A DNA stretch of 15,893 nt, the filler included, from Candidatus Woesearchaeota archaeon (lineage in GTDB: Archaea > Nanobdellota > Nanobdellia > Woesearchaeales > B72-G16): the NCBI GenBank assembly GCA_003650545.1. It is 6 parts of 6 records of this genome, joined end to end, with 100 filler letters (N's around TTAATTAATTAA, not from the genome) between each part and the next. Parts side by side here need not be neighbours in the genome. Positions count along the whole stretch, not along the records: positions 5,442 to 8,009 come from QMQO01000129.1; positions 8,110 to 10,643 come from QMQO01000130.1; positions 10,744 to 13,270 come from QMQO01000131.1; positions 13,371 to 15,893 come from QMQO01000132.1; 2 more parts are not named here. One strand, written 5' to 3'. Within the stretch, counting starts at the first letter, position 1; each line of letters begins with the position of its first letter. A program made the position numbers and the translations under genes. Shown one piece after another: positions 7,366 through 15,115 of this stretch. The notes below the pieces were generated by a model, which ran no database searches, was not told the DNA's origin, and worked only from the letters and a program-made list of their open reading frames with translations.

Positions 7366-7596
7366 ATGAAGTTCAAAGTTAGCCAACACATCTTAGTCCC
7401 TAAGCATTCCAAGGTAAATGAGAAAGAGAAGAAAAAACTGTTAGAGAGATACAATATCACTTTAAAAGAATTGCCAAAGATACATAAAAATGATCCTGCC
7501 ATCAGTGAGCTTGGTATAAAGAAAGGCGATGTCATAAAGATAACCAGAAAAAGCAGATCTGCTGGAGAGGCAATATTTTATAGGGTTGTAATCTAG
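7366..7596 (+). CDS. rpoH: DNA-directed RNA polymerase subunit H (Rpo5)
   Basis: HILVPKH...LPKI...DPA...GDVIKITRKS.SAGE..FYRVV; preceded by a GAGGAG SD. Confidence 0.96.
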   Translation: MKFKVSQHILVPKHSKVNEKEKKKLLERYNITLKELPKIHKNDPAISELGIKKGDVIKITRKSRSAGEAIFYRVVI

Positions 7597-7597
7597 A

Positions 7598-8009
7598 ATG
7601 GAAAACCAAGAAAAGATATTGATTGAGAATTTTTTCAAAGAGAATTCTATTGTAATGTCAAATATAGAATCATTCAACAACTTTATAGATGAAGAACTGA
7701 ACAATATTATTGAGGAGAACAAAGAGGTTGTTCCCACTATCATCCCTCCTAACATGGAAAGCCTAAAGCTCAGGCTGGACAAGATATGGGTAACAAAGCC
7801 GGAAATCACAGAAGCAGACGGAAGCAAAAGAAACATATTCCCTGTAGAAGCAAGATTAAGGAAGGTGACTTATGCTGCTCCAATATTTATCGAGATAAGC
7901 TCTCATGTTGATGGTGTGCAGAAAGAGACATTCACAACCCAGATTGGCTCACTGCCGATCATGCTGAAAAGCAAAAACTGCCTGTTGCACGGGCTGAACA
8001 GGGAGGAAC
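7598..8009 (+). CDS. rpoB: DNA-directed RNA polymerase subunit B or B'' (Rpo2 N-terminal part), 3'-truncated
   Basis: IESFNNFI, KPEITEADG, PVEARLRKVTYAAP, IGSLPIMLKS motifs; canonical position directly after rpoH. Whether it is the split B'' form cannot be seen. Confidence 0.93.
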
Positions 8010-8109
8010 NNNNNNNNNNNNNNNNNNNNNNNNNNNNNNNNNNNNNNNNNNNNTTAATTAATTAANNNNNNNNNNNNNNNNNNNNNNNNNNNNNNNNNNN
8101 NNNNNNNNN
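8010..8109. other. Artificial contig-joining spacer
   Basis: N44-TTAATTAATTAA-N44. Confidence 0.97.
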
Positions 8110-8892
8110 TGGAGGAGGACTGGTTGGAGGTGGTGAGGTAGGACCAGTGCTTGGTGCTCTACAATGGCTCCTGCACATATTTAAAGTAGTATATGGACCA
8201 CTAGAACTTTTGTAGCACTGATATGTAGTTTTGTTACAAGTATAACAATAATCATTACCAGGACAAGAAAGAGGTCCAGATGGTTCTACGCAATTATCCT
8301 TACAAACACTTAAAGAAGAATACACTCCATTAGAATCTTCATCACATGTCCATGTAGAGGTATTACAGGAATATTTAGTTATTGTGGGAGTAGTGACTCC
8401 ATTATTACAATCAGCATCAGCTTTACACCCAGTACATCCTTTATTACACCCTTCGCAACGACAAACCTTTGGATATTTGGAAAAAGGGTTATAGCTTTTT
8501 CTACAAATACAACACATGCAACAATATTTTTCACACTTTTCCTGGGTGTTATATGAACCGCCCTTTTTATAAACACACTTGCTTGTGCATGTTCCTGCTC
8601 CACAACTGCCTGTAGGTTGACAAGCCCAACCTTTTTTTTCATCATCTCCATTGCCTCCTCCATTACCCTCACAATCACACACCTCAGCATCTCCGCAAAC
8701 CTCAAAATAAGTACCAGCTACTTCGTCCACTATATTATAACAGTACTCTTCTATGTGACATTCTTCTTTTTCACCAGGGGGACAATCCGGACCGGTTACT
8801 ATGATTCCTGCTAAAGCATTACCTATCATAGAGAATCCAAAAATAAAACAAATTAAAGTAATAAGTATGATATATTTTGATTTTTGTTGCAT
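8110..8892 (-). CDS. Secreted cysteine-rich repeat protein, 3'-truncated
   Basis: Signal peptide ending ALA; 33 Cys in the 261 visible residues; three related modules ending C-x5-G-x-Y-x5-C-x3-C; Pro/Thr/Ser linker at the contig end. Confidence 0.85.
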
Positions 8893-8919
8893 ATTAATAT
8901 ATTAATTTTGATTTATAAT

Positions 8920-9741
8920 TTATATTACTGGTTTTTCTATGTTCCATAAAATAGAATATGATTGTAATATGTTTTCTATGCTAGCAAAGGATTCTTGGGA
9001 TAGAAGTTCGTTTACAGTTGCGTCTTCTGGAATGAGATATACCTTTACCTGAAATAAATCTGTTTCGGGAACAAAACCATTAATTAAAAGGTTTAATGTT
9101 TCATTGTGTAGTCCAAAGAATTTACTACAAAAAATCTCTCCTTCGGAAAACACAATATTATGATTAATATTAAGTTGATCTTTAGGAAGTAGTTGTTCTC
9201 TAAAAGGATCTATTAAAGCGGGCTCGGTAATGGTGCAGAGATTAAAAGTATTAGTTTCAGATTGAACAATGGCCATATTCTTCTGAAGTAAATCATAAAG
9301 ATTTATACTCATACCAATATATTGTCCCCCTAGCAAAGCAGGAATTTTTCTTAGTGAGGCGAAGGCAGGTATATATTGATTCTCAGAATCAATGTCCTCT
9401 TTGCTTTGAACAAGAATGCAAAGTATTTCCATTATTTCCTGTTCTTTTATTTCCTCACCAAAACTCTTGCTTATTAATGATGGCGTAATAGATTCTGCTG
9501 TAATAATACATTTTTTTTGGAACGAATTTGCCTCTTCTGGAGAAATAGGATAGTTTTGACTAAAAAAAGTTGTTTCCATATAACTAGAATCGTATGAAAA
9601 AGTTGTTTCTATATAGCTAGAATCATATGAGATCGGCTCTTGAGATCCTTTTTCTTGATAATACGCTTTCAAGCCAAAAATAGTTACTATCAATAGCACA
9701 GAGACCCCAAAAATAATAATAAAATTTCTATTTATATTCAT
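8920..9741 (-). CDS. Hypothetical membrane-anchored protein
   Basis: 273-aa ORF with an N-terminal TM or signal anchor and its own sigma70-type promoter; no recognisable family. Confidence 0.8.
   Translation of the reverse strand: MNINRNFIIIFGVSVLLIVTIFGLKAYYQEKGSQEPISYDSSYIETTFSYDSSYMETTFFSQNYPISPEEANSFQKKCIITAESITPSLISKSFGEEIKEQEIMEILCILVQSKEDIDSENQYIPAFASLRKIPALLGGQYIGMSINLYDLLQKNMAIVQSETNTFNLCTITEPALIDPFREQLLPKDQLNINHNIVFSEGEIFCSKFFGLHNETLNLLINGFVPETDLFQVKVYLIPEDATVNELLSQESFASIENILQSYSILWNIEKPVI
9565..9630 (-). repeat. In-frame 33-bp tandem duplication (SYDSSYIETTF / SYDSSYMETTF)
   Basis: Units 9565-9597 and 9598-9630 differ at 3 of 33 positions. Confidence 0.9.
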
Positions 9742-9779
9742 ATATTTTGATTCATTAATATATCAACCTTTATGTATTA

Positions 9780-9807
9780 ATTTTAACACTCAAGTAAAGT
9801 CTGTCAA
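9780..9807 (-). promoter_or_regulatory. Sigma70-type promoter
   Basis: Minus strand TTGACA-16 nt-TAAAAT with a TG extended -10, about 40 nt upstream of ATG 9741. Confidence 0.7.
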
Positions 9808-9823
9808 GTAAATAAACTCAAAT

Positions 9824-9854
9824 AAAAAGGGGCAGAGTTCTCTCTGTCCCTTTT
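9824..9854 (-). terminator. Intrinsic terminator (possibly bidirectional)
   Basis: AAAAGGGGCAGAG-TTCT-CTCTGTCCCTTTT inverted repeat with T tracts on both strands, 13 nt downstream of the 9868 stop codon. Confidence 0.75.
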
Positions 9855-9867
9855 CTGTTCTCCATCG

Positions 9868-10473
9868 TCAAAATGGTTTAATAAGGTAATTCTTTTTATT
9901 TAATATTTGTAGACGAGGCACAAGTTGATCAGTAAATTTTCCTACATCTGTTTCATGAATTCTCTCCATTTGACTTACAATGAACTCACTAAAGATTTTC
10001 TTAAACTGAGTATCAGTATCTTTTGGGATTACAGATTCATTGTCTTTGAATGGAATTTTCCATTTTTCAAAAAACTTTGACTTATCATTTTCAATTTTAT
10101 ACGCCATAATCAGTACTTCCTCTTTTTCGAGAGGAAATGCTGCTATAGCAAATCGCGGATCAGGTATCTCATACTCTTTATCGGCGGTTCCTGATGAATA
10201 AACGATTACTAGAACTCTTTTTTTACTATCTCTCTTGTCTAAAAAAGCTAAGCCTGCATACAAAAAAATTACATTACCAGTCGGGGATAATACTTGTACT
10301 GGAATATGTCTGCCAGGAGCGTGGATAATCCAACTCCAATATTTACTATCCCAAGGTGGTAACGATTCGTCCCATTTCTTCCAAGATCCAAATGTTGCTT
10401 TGGCCGATACAATACCAGTAAAAACAATACCTAACATACACACTAACAAAAGAATTACCAATAACTTTTTCAT
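9868..10473 (-). CDS. Hypothetical secreted protein
   Basis: Classic signal peptide MKKLLVILLLVCMLGIVFTGIVSA; AGGTGA SD; flanked by a promoter and a terminator. Confidence 0.8.
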   Translation of the reverse strand: MKKLLVILLLVCMLGIVFTGIVSAKATFGSWKKWDESLPPWDSKYWSWIIHAPGRHIPVQVLSPTGNVIFLYAGLAFLDKRDSKKRVLVIVYSSGTADKEYEIPDPRFAIAAFPLEKEEVLIMAYKIENDKSKFFEKWKIPFKDNESVIPKDTDTQFKKIFSEFIVSQMERIHETDVGKFTDQLVPRLQILNKKNYLIKPF

Positions 10474-10539
10474 CACTATTCACCTTCTTTCTTCTAAAAT
10501 TTTTAATTTTCAAGCTACACATGCTAGTAAAACACCCTA

Positions 10540-10568
10540 ATCATATATCCTTTATCTCTTTTTGTCAA
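10540..10568 (-). promoter_or_regulatory. Near-consensus sigma70 promoter
   Basis: Minus strand TTGACA (10568-10563), 17 nt, TATGAT (10545-10540). Confidence 0.8.
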
Positions 10569-10605
10569 GCCAGAATAAAGAATTTTAATTAATATGATTT
10601 TAAGG

Positions 10606-10643
10606 TATAATGGGGATATAAAATATGAGAATTATTATTAAAA
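10606..10643 (+). promoter_or_regulatory. Divergent -10 box (TATAAT) and start of a truncated gene (ATG 10625, MRIIIK...)
   Basis: Perfect TATAAT at 10606-10611. Only six codons are visible before the spacer, so the product cannot be assigned. Confidence 0.4.
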
Positions 10644-10743
10644 NNNNNNNNNNNNNNNNNNNNNNNNNNNNNNNNNNNNNNNNNNNNTTAATTAATTAAN
10701 NNNNNNNNNNNNNNNNNNNNNNNNNNNNNNNNNNNNNNNNNNN
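10644..10743. other. Artificial contig-joining spacer
   Basis: N44-TTAATTAATTAA-N44. Confidence 0.97.
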
Positions 10744-11781
10744 ATTATCGAGACTTCCCGTGTCACCTTTTTGTTGGATTGTGGTGAGGAGAAGTTCTTC
10801 AGACGCTTGAAAGAGGTGGACTTTTTGGTAGTGAGTCACTGTTTTGACGAAGAAACCGAAATCTTCACCGACTCGGGATGGAAGAAATTTCCTGAGCTAT
10901 CCGCCAACGACAAGGTCGCAACATTGGACGAAGACGATAACCTATATTTCGAAAAGCCAGTCGGCTACATAGAGCAAGACTACAACGGACCGATGTACCG
11001 ACTGCACGCGGACTACCTTGATATGTGTGTTACCCCGAACCACAGAATTTTTTGTGATGTAGGGGAAGGTTTTCGTTTTTACACTCCAGTGGAGGTTTTT
11101 GGTCTCACCAAAAAGTTTTTGACTGAGGATTCCGAGACAATTGTTGATGGGGATGAGTCATGGGTCCCGTACAAGGGGAAGGTGTACTGTGTTGAGCTCC
11201 CCAAGTATACGCGGCATTTGCTCTTGGTCAGACGTGAAGGAAGAGTTCATTGGTCTGGTAACAGTCATCCCGACCATGTGGATGGGATCAGGGGCAGGAC
11301 TTTGCAGCTCCCGGTTCTTGCCTCCCGCAAAGTGATTTCGCAGTTGCGGAAGATTTGTGAGCTCAGAGATCCGCGTCCTGGTTCTCGCTTCGAGTACAAA
11401 GACGTTTCGCTCAAGTTGATCCCTTGTTTACATTCAGTCAAAGCTCCTATGTGGGGTTTGGTTCTCAACGAAGAAATTGGAATATTTACTGATATCATTG
11501 CGCCTCGCAGGGGTTGGGATGTTCTCAAGAATCTCAAGGTTTACATTGGTGACGGTTCTACACTGAACAGACCCATAATCCGTCGGGACAAGGAAACGGG
11601 TGAAATTTACGGGCACACGACGATGCTCACTCAACTGCGGAAGGCCGACTCGTACGGATGGAAGAAAGTGATCTTCACACACTTTGGGAAAGTACCTGTG
11701 GAGATGGGTGACGAAAAGCTACAAGAGGCGTTAGGCCAAGACGTTTTGATTGCACGCGACAATCTGACCTTAACCCTCTAA
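10744..11781 (+). CDS. Metallo-beta-lactamase-fold hydrolase (PhnP/RNase Z-like) containing an intein, 5'-truncated
   Basis: The frame is open from the contig edge (IIETSRVTFLLDCG). After intein removal it reads LLDCG...VVSH|SHPDHVDG (HxHxDH), CLHS, IFTD, IGDGS, GHTT, IFTHFG, IARD, matching the MBL motif order. Confidence 0.9.
   Translation: MIETSRVTFLLDCGEEKFFRRLKEVDFLVVSHCFDEETEIFTDSGWKKFPELSANDKVATLDEDDNLYFEKPVGYIEQDYNGPMYRLHADYLDMCVTPNHRIFCDVGEGFRFYTPVEVFGLTKKFLTEDSETIVDGDESWVPYKGKVYCVELPKYTRHLLLVRREGRVHWSGNSHPDHVDGIRGRTLQLPVLASRKVISQLRKICELRDPRPGSRFEYKDVSLKLIPCLHSVKAPMWGLVLNEEIGIFTDIIAPRRGWDVLKNLKVYIGDGSTLNRPIIRRDKETGEIYGHTTMLTQLRKADSYGWKKVIFTHFGKVPVEMGDEKLQEALGQDVLIARDNLTLTL
10840..11262 (+). 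mobile_element. Mini-intein (141 aa, no homing endonuclease)
   Basis: Block A CFDEETEIFTDSGWK, block B CVTPNHRIF (TxxH), block F YKGKVYCVELP, block G VRREGRVHWSGN, followed by +1 Ser. Its removal restores the HxHxDH motif exactly. Confidence 0.93.
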
Positions 11782-11820
11782 AAGAAAGAACCCGAGCCGA
11801 AGGAGGAAAAGGTGCTCGGG
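11780..11820 (-). terminator. Putative intrinsic terminator between convergent genes
   Basis: CCCGAGC/GCTCGGG stem (11791-11797 with 11814-11820), followed on the minus strand by TTCTTTCTTTT; the loop is long (16 nt). Confidence 0.45.
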
Positions 11821-11879
11821 CTGACCGCGGTCAAGAAAGGAGGGAGGTATTAAGATGATCTGTCAAAAAGCTTTGGTGA

Positions 11880-12734
11880 TCAAGGAATCCGATAAGCCTT
11901 CCTCAGAAGACTTCTTGTGAACCTAAGCCAAGCCAAAGCCCTTCTCGTGAAGAGAGGAGTTAAGGGGAGGGCGCACTTTCTTCCTTGCAAAAATTTCCCA
12001 ATGTCCCACGCAATTTTTTCGTACAATGCGGCTATTTGCTTTTCTGATAGCTCGGTGTAGTTCTTGTTGTAGAACTTGCGAGAGGCTCCCTGCAAATACT
12101 TGTAAAACAGGTTTTGCATTTCGCGATATCTTGATGTCGCCACCACTTCCAACTGCTTGATTTCCTTGGGGGAGATTTCTCCTTTTGACAACATCCTCTT
12201 TTTTAGGTTTTCCTGGAGGATTTCAAAGCGCCTGAGGTTGAGATCTAACGTGTCAAACAACCCATGTCCTACCTCGTGTGATAACACTCTTTTTGCTTTG
12301 GTTGGATCTGCCCCCAAGGTTCGGTTTAGGTAGATTCTTCTGTACACGTTGTTCCAGGTACCCAACACCCTGTACATGTCACCATCTATCAGGAGAATTT
12401 TGTCTTTCCTCCACTTAACTCCCCACACAAAGTACCTCAGCTCTCTCTCATACTTGAGTTTTTTGAACGCGTTCTCCAAAAACCTGTCCTCAAACTTAAC
12501 CGTACCCTTCCAGTTAAAGGGCTCAACCCTTATGAATCGTCTTTCTCCCTTGATAACTCTGATAACACCAAGTTCGCCTGTTCTGGGGTGAACAACCAGG
12601 TCGGAAAACGAGTAAGGAATAGTTTTGCGTGACCTCCTCACACTTTCTTCAACTTTTGTCAGAACAAAGACATTTGTCCCCTTCTTGAGGACGTAAAAAC
12701 CTTCTTCGATTTCCACCAAGAATGATTTTCCCAT
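11880..12734 (-). CDS. Hypothetical protein with zincin-like HExxH metalloprotease motif
   Basis: RIYLN...KRVLSHEVGHGLF (HEVGH at 12278-12264), with a downstream YEKIA (ExxA) candidate third ligand; very basic 284-aa protein. Confidence 0.7.
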   Translation of the reverse strand: MGKSFLVEIEEGFYVLKKGTNVFVLTKVEESVRRSRKTIPYSFSDLVVHPRTGELGVIRVIKGERRFIRVEPFNWKGTVKFEDRFLENAFKKLKYERELRYFVWGVKWRKDKILLIDGDMYRVLGTWNNVYRRIYLNRTLGADPTKAKRVLSHEVGHGLFDTLDLNLRRFEILQENLKKRMLSKGEISPKEIKQLEVVATSRYREMQNLFYKYLQGASRKFYNKNYTELSEKQIAALYEKIAWDIGKFLQGRKCALPLTPLFTRRALAWLRFTRSLLRKAYRIP

Positions 12735-12787
12735 GGCTACACTGCTATTGTAACCACGCTTGGTGCCAAGAGAAAGGGAAAATCAGT

Positions 12788-13270
12788 TTACTGGGAGACT
12801 TGGGGGTACTCCTTTGAGCAGTTTCTTTTGCACTCGGGGCAGTAACCCAGGATTTTACACCTGGGGCCAGCTTCGTCGAACACCGCAGGTAGTACCTCTT
12901 TGCATTTCTCAAGCATCTTTTCCGCGAGTCTTCTTATTTCCCACTGCGCTCTCTTGCACAACCTTAAGGAGAAAAAGTGTAACAACTCTCTACAGTTCAT
13001 GGTTACGATGATCTTGGTTGTGGTGGCATTGGGTAAAAGAAATCTAATGTCCTCGTTCGCCTTCTCACCTACTATCCCCCTCTCCGCCAAGATCCTCTTG
13101 AGCTCACGACATCCCTTCTTTATCTCACCTATTACTCTTTCGAACTCTTTTGATGCCTCGGGTATTTCAGCTATCACAGGAGGAACCACATACTCGAACT
13201 CGGACATATCCACGTATCTTTGGCTCTGTTGAGAGTAGGAAGCAATGCGATGCCTGACCAACTGATGCGA
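12788..13270 (-). CDS. thyX: FAD-dependent thymidylate synthase ThyX, 5'-truncated
   Basis: SHQLVRHRIASYSQQSQRY (RHRx7SxR), EDIRFLLP, TMNCRELLHFFSLRLCKRAQWEIR. Confidence 0.96.
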   Translation of the reverse strand, partial: SHQLVRHRIASYSQQSQRYVDMSEFEYVVPPVIAEIPEASKEFERVIGEIKKGCRELKRILAERGIVGEKANEDIRFLLPNATTTKIIVTMNCRELLHFFSLRLCKRAQWEIRRLAEKMLEKCKEVLPAVFDEAGPRCKILGYCPECKRNCSKEYPQVSQ

Positions 13271-13370
13271 NNNNNNNNNNNNNNNNNNNNNNNNNNNNNN
13301 NNNNNNNNNNNNNNTTAATTAATTAANNNNNNNNNNNNNNNNNNNNNNNNNNNNNNNNNNNNNNNNNNNN
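13271..13370. other. Artificial contig-joining spacer
   Basis: N44-TTAATTAATTAA-N44. Confidence 0.97.
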
Positions 13371-14383
13371 ACATAGAATTGTTTAACGAAATCTAAAGTC
13401 TTTTTCAAAGGATTCCAGAGATCCTCTCTTTTTCTAATAACTGCGAAGTGCATTAATGTTCGTATAGCCTCACACTGCTCCCACCAGCCCTTTCGTCCTT
13501 CCAAAATCTTTCCGTCGGGGGTGGCTGGGGAGAATATTCCTCCATCCTTGGGATCATAGCCTATCTCGAGACCATACTCTAGAAGCCGATTTGCATAAGA
13601 TAAATACTGTTTAGGGAAGCCTCTCTCCACGGCGCTGGAGAGGAGGAAAGCCCATTCAAACGCATGGCCAATATCAATTCTTCCCCCGCGTTCGGCTGGA
13701 AGCTCCCTCCATTCATGGGTATATAGTTCAGGCAGCATTCCATCCCGCTTACGTATAAGCCTATTTACGACGAATTCAGCTACAGCCTCCGCATCTCTAT
13801 AAATATGTTTTAGTCCATCCAGATCGCCTAGGGCGAGGAGGGCCTCAAAGGTATGCATGATAGGATTCTGAGATTTAGTTTCCTCGATCTCCTTGAATTC
13901 CCGGCTCATCCTCAACGAGAAGCCTCCATACTTGTCCTTAAAGCGGGTGTTCATGATCCTCCATGTCTCCAAGGCTTGGTTCATTAGGTTCTCATCTCCA
14001 GTTACCTTGAATGCATGGGAAAGCCCGAAGATGACGAATGCATGACCATAACTGCTTTTATGGGCGTCAAGAATCTTTCCCTCCTTATTGCAGGACCAGA
14101 ACCATCCCCCATACTCTTTGTCCTTGAAATTCTCAATTAGAAATTTAGCTCCGGATTCAACGGCATGTAAATATTGCTCTTCGCCCGTGAGCTCATATCC
14201 CTTCGCAAAATTATATAGGAGACGTGATTGGGAAACTAATGTTCCATAATTTTTACCTAGAGGATTCCATTTCCTATCCATGTGGGGGAGAAATAATCCT
14301 TCCTTCGTGACAGCTCCTTTCACCCAATGTGGCAGAACATCCTTAAGCAAGTGATTTCTAAACCATTCAAAGTCAAATCCCAT
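13371..14383 (-). CDS. AGE-family (N-acylglucosamine 2-epimerase / cellobiose 2-epimerase / mannose isomerase) protein, 3'-truncated
   Basis: LVSQSRLLY, DKEYGGWFW, YGHAF, QNPIMHTFEA, GHAFEWAFLL, D...GGIF, WWEQCEA motifs of the (alpha/alpha)6 AGE fold. The likely start is ATG 14383 rather than TTG 14413. Confidence 0.9.
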
Positions 14384-14538
14384 TTTCCCAGATGACAAAA
14401 TCAAAGCCTCCAAAGATAATTAAAGACTTCTCTAAAGATAAGAATTTAATTGAGGCGTGCTGAAAGGAGAGGGAAGAATTTATATCCTTATATATAATAT
14501 TATATACTACAAACAAACCATTCAGAATAGTGGATCGC

Positions 14539-14910
14539 ATGTCTAAAAATGAGGAAATATTACAGGTTTTGAGGGAGATTAAAGCACTTTTAGAACCGAA
14601 ATCGACTTCTTCACCGCCACCTCCAAAGGGTCTGTGGAATGAGTTCCTAGACTTCATCTCCAAGTATAAGGTTATGGGCATGGCTGTGGCATTTATCCTT
14701 GGTTTATATTTGGGCGCTTTAGTTCAGGCGCTTGTAAACGACCTAGTTATGCCGATAATAACGCTAGCGACGCCAGGAGTAGAGTGGGAGCTTTATATGG
14801 TTGGACCATTCCGTGTAGGTCACTTTATCGGCACTCTAATAACGTTTCTCCTTGTGGCTTTCGTCGTGTTCCTAATAGTGAAGATGACTAGAAAATTGGG
14901 AATAGAATAG
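14539..14910 (+). CDS. mscL: Large-conductance mechanosensitive channel, archaeal type, with N-terminal amphipathic helix extension
   Basis: EFLDFISKYKVMGMAVAFILG...LVQALVNDLVMPII (S1+TM1) and GHFIGTLITFLLVAFVVFLIVK (TM2); an AT-rich TATA-like region lies at ~14488-14507. Confidence 0.9.
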   Translation: MSKNEEILQVLREIKALLEPKSTSSPPPPKGLWNEFLDFISKYKVMGMAVAFILGLYLGALVQALVNDLVMPIITLATPGVEWELYMVGPFRVGHFIGTLITFLLVAFVVFLIVKMTRKLGIE

Positions 14911-15115
14911 CCCTAAATCCCACTTATTCGAAATTCATCCTACTTCCACGATAATCTCTCTACTGTAGAATGGCATATGCTGAATGCTATACTTCTTGAG
15001 TAGCGTAGCCTCTTTCATCCATGAATGATCTTCATTCTCATCCTCTTGTCTCAATATCATTGATTAGCAATGGAGTCTTTTAACGGCAGATTAGCTTCGC
15101 CAGTCTTTCGCTAGG

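Noticed and set aside
10625..10643. MRIIIK start as ribosome hibernation factor (HPF/RaiA)
   Set aside because: The resemblance rests on six codons, which is too little to name a product.
10840..11262. Class 3 intein or intein with a homing endonuclease
   Set aside because: Cys1 is present and the class 3 block B Trp is missing; 141 aa leaves no room for a LAGLIDADG or HNH domain.
2643..13370. Five regularly spaced TTAATTAATTAA repeats as a biological repeat or CRISPR-like array
   Set aside because: Each is centred in exactly 100 nt of N padding and provides stops in all six frames, so it is an assembly or concatenation spacer.
14935..15060. 41-codon minus-strand ORF (MILRQEDENEDHSW...) between mscL and the TauE-like gene
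   Set aside because: Short, with no recognisable motif or clear translation signal.
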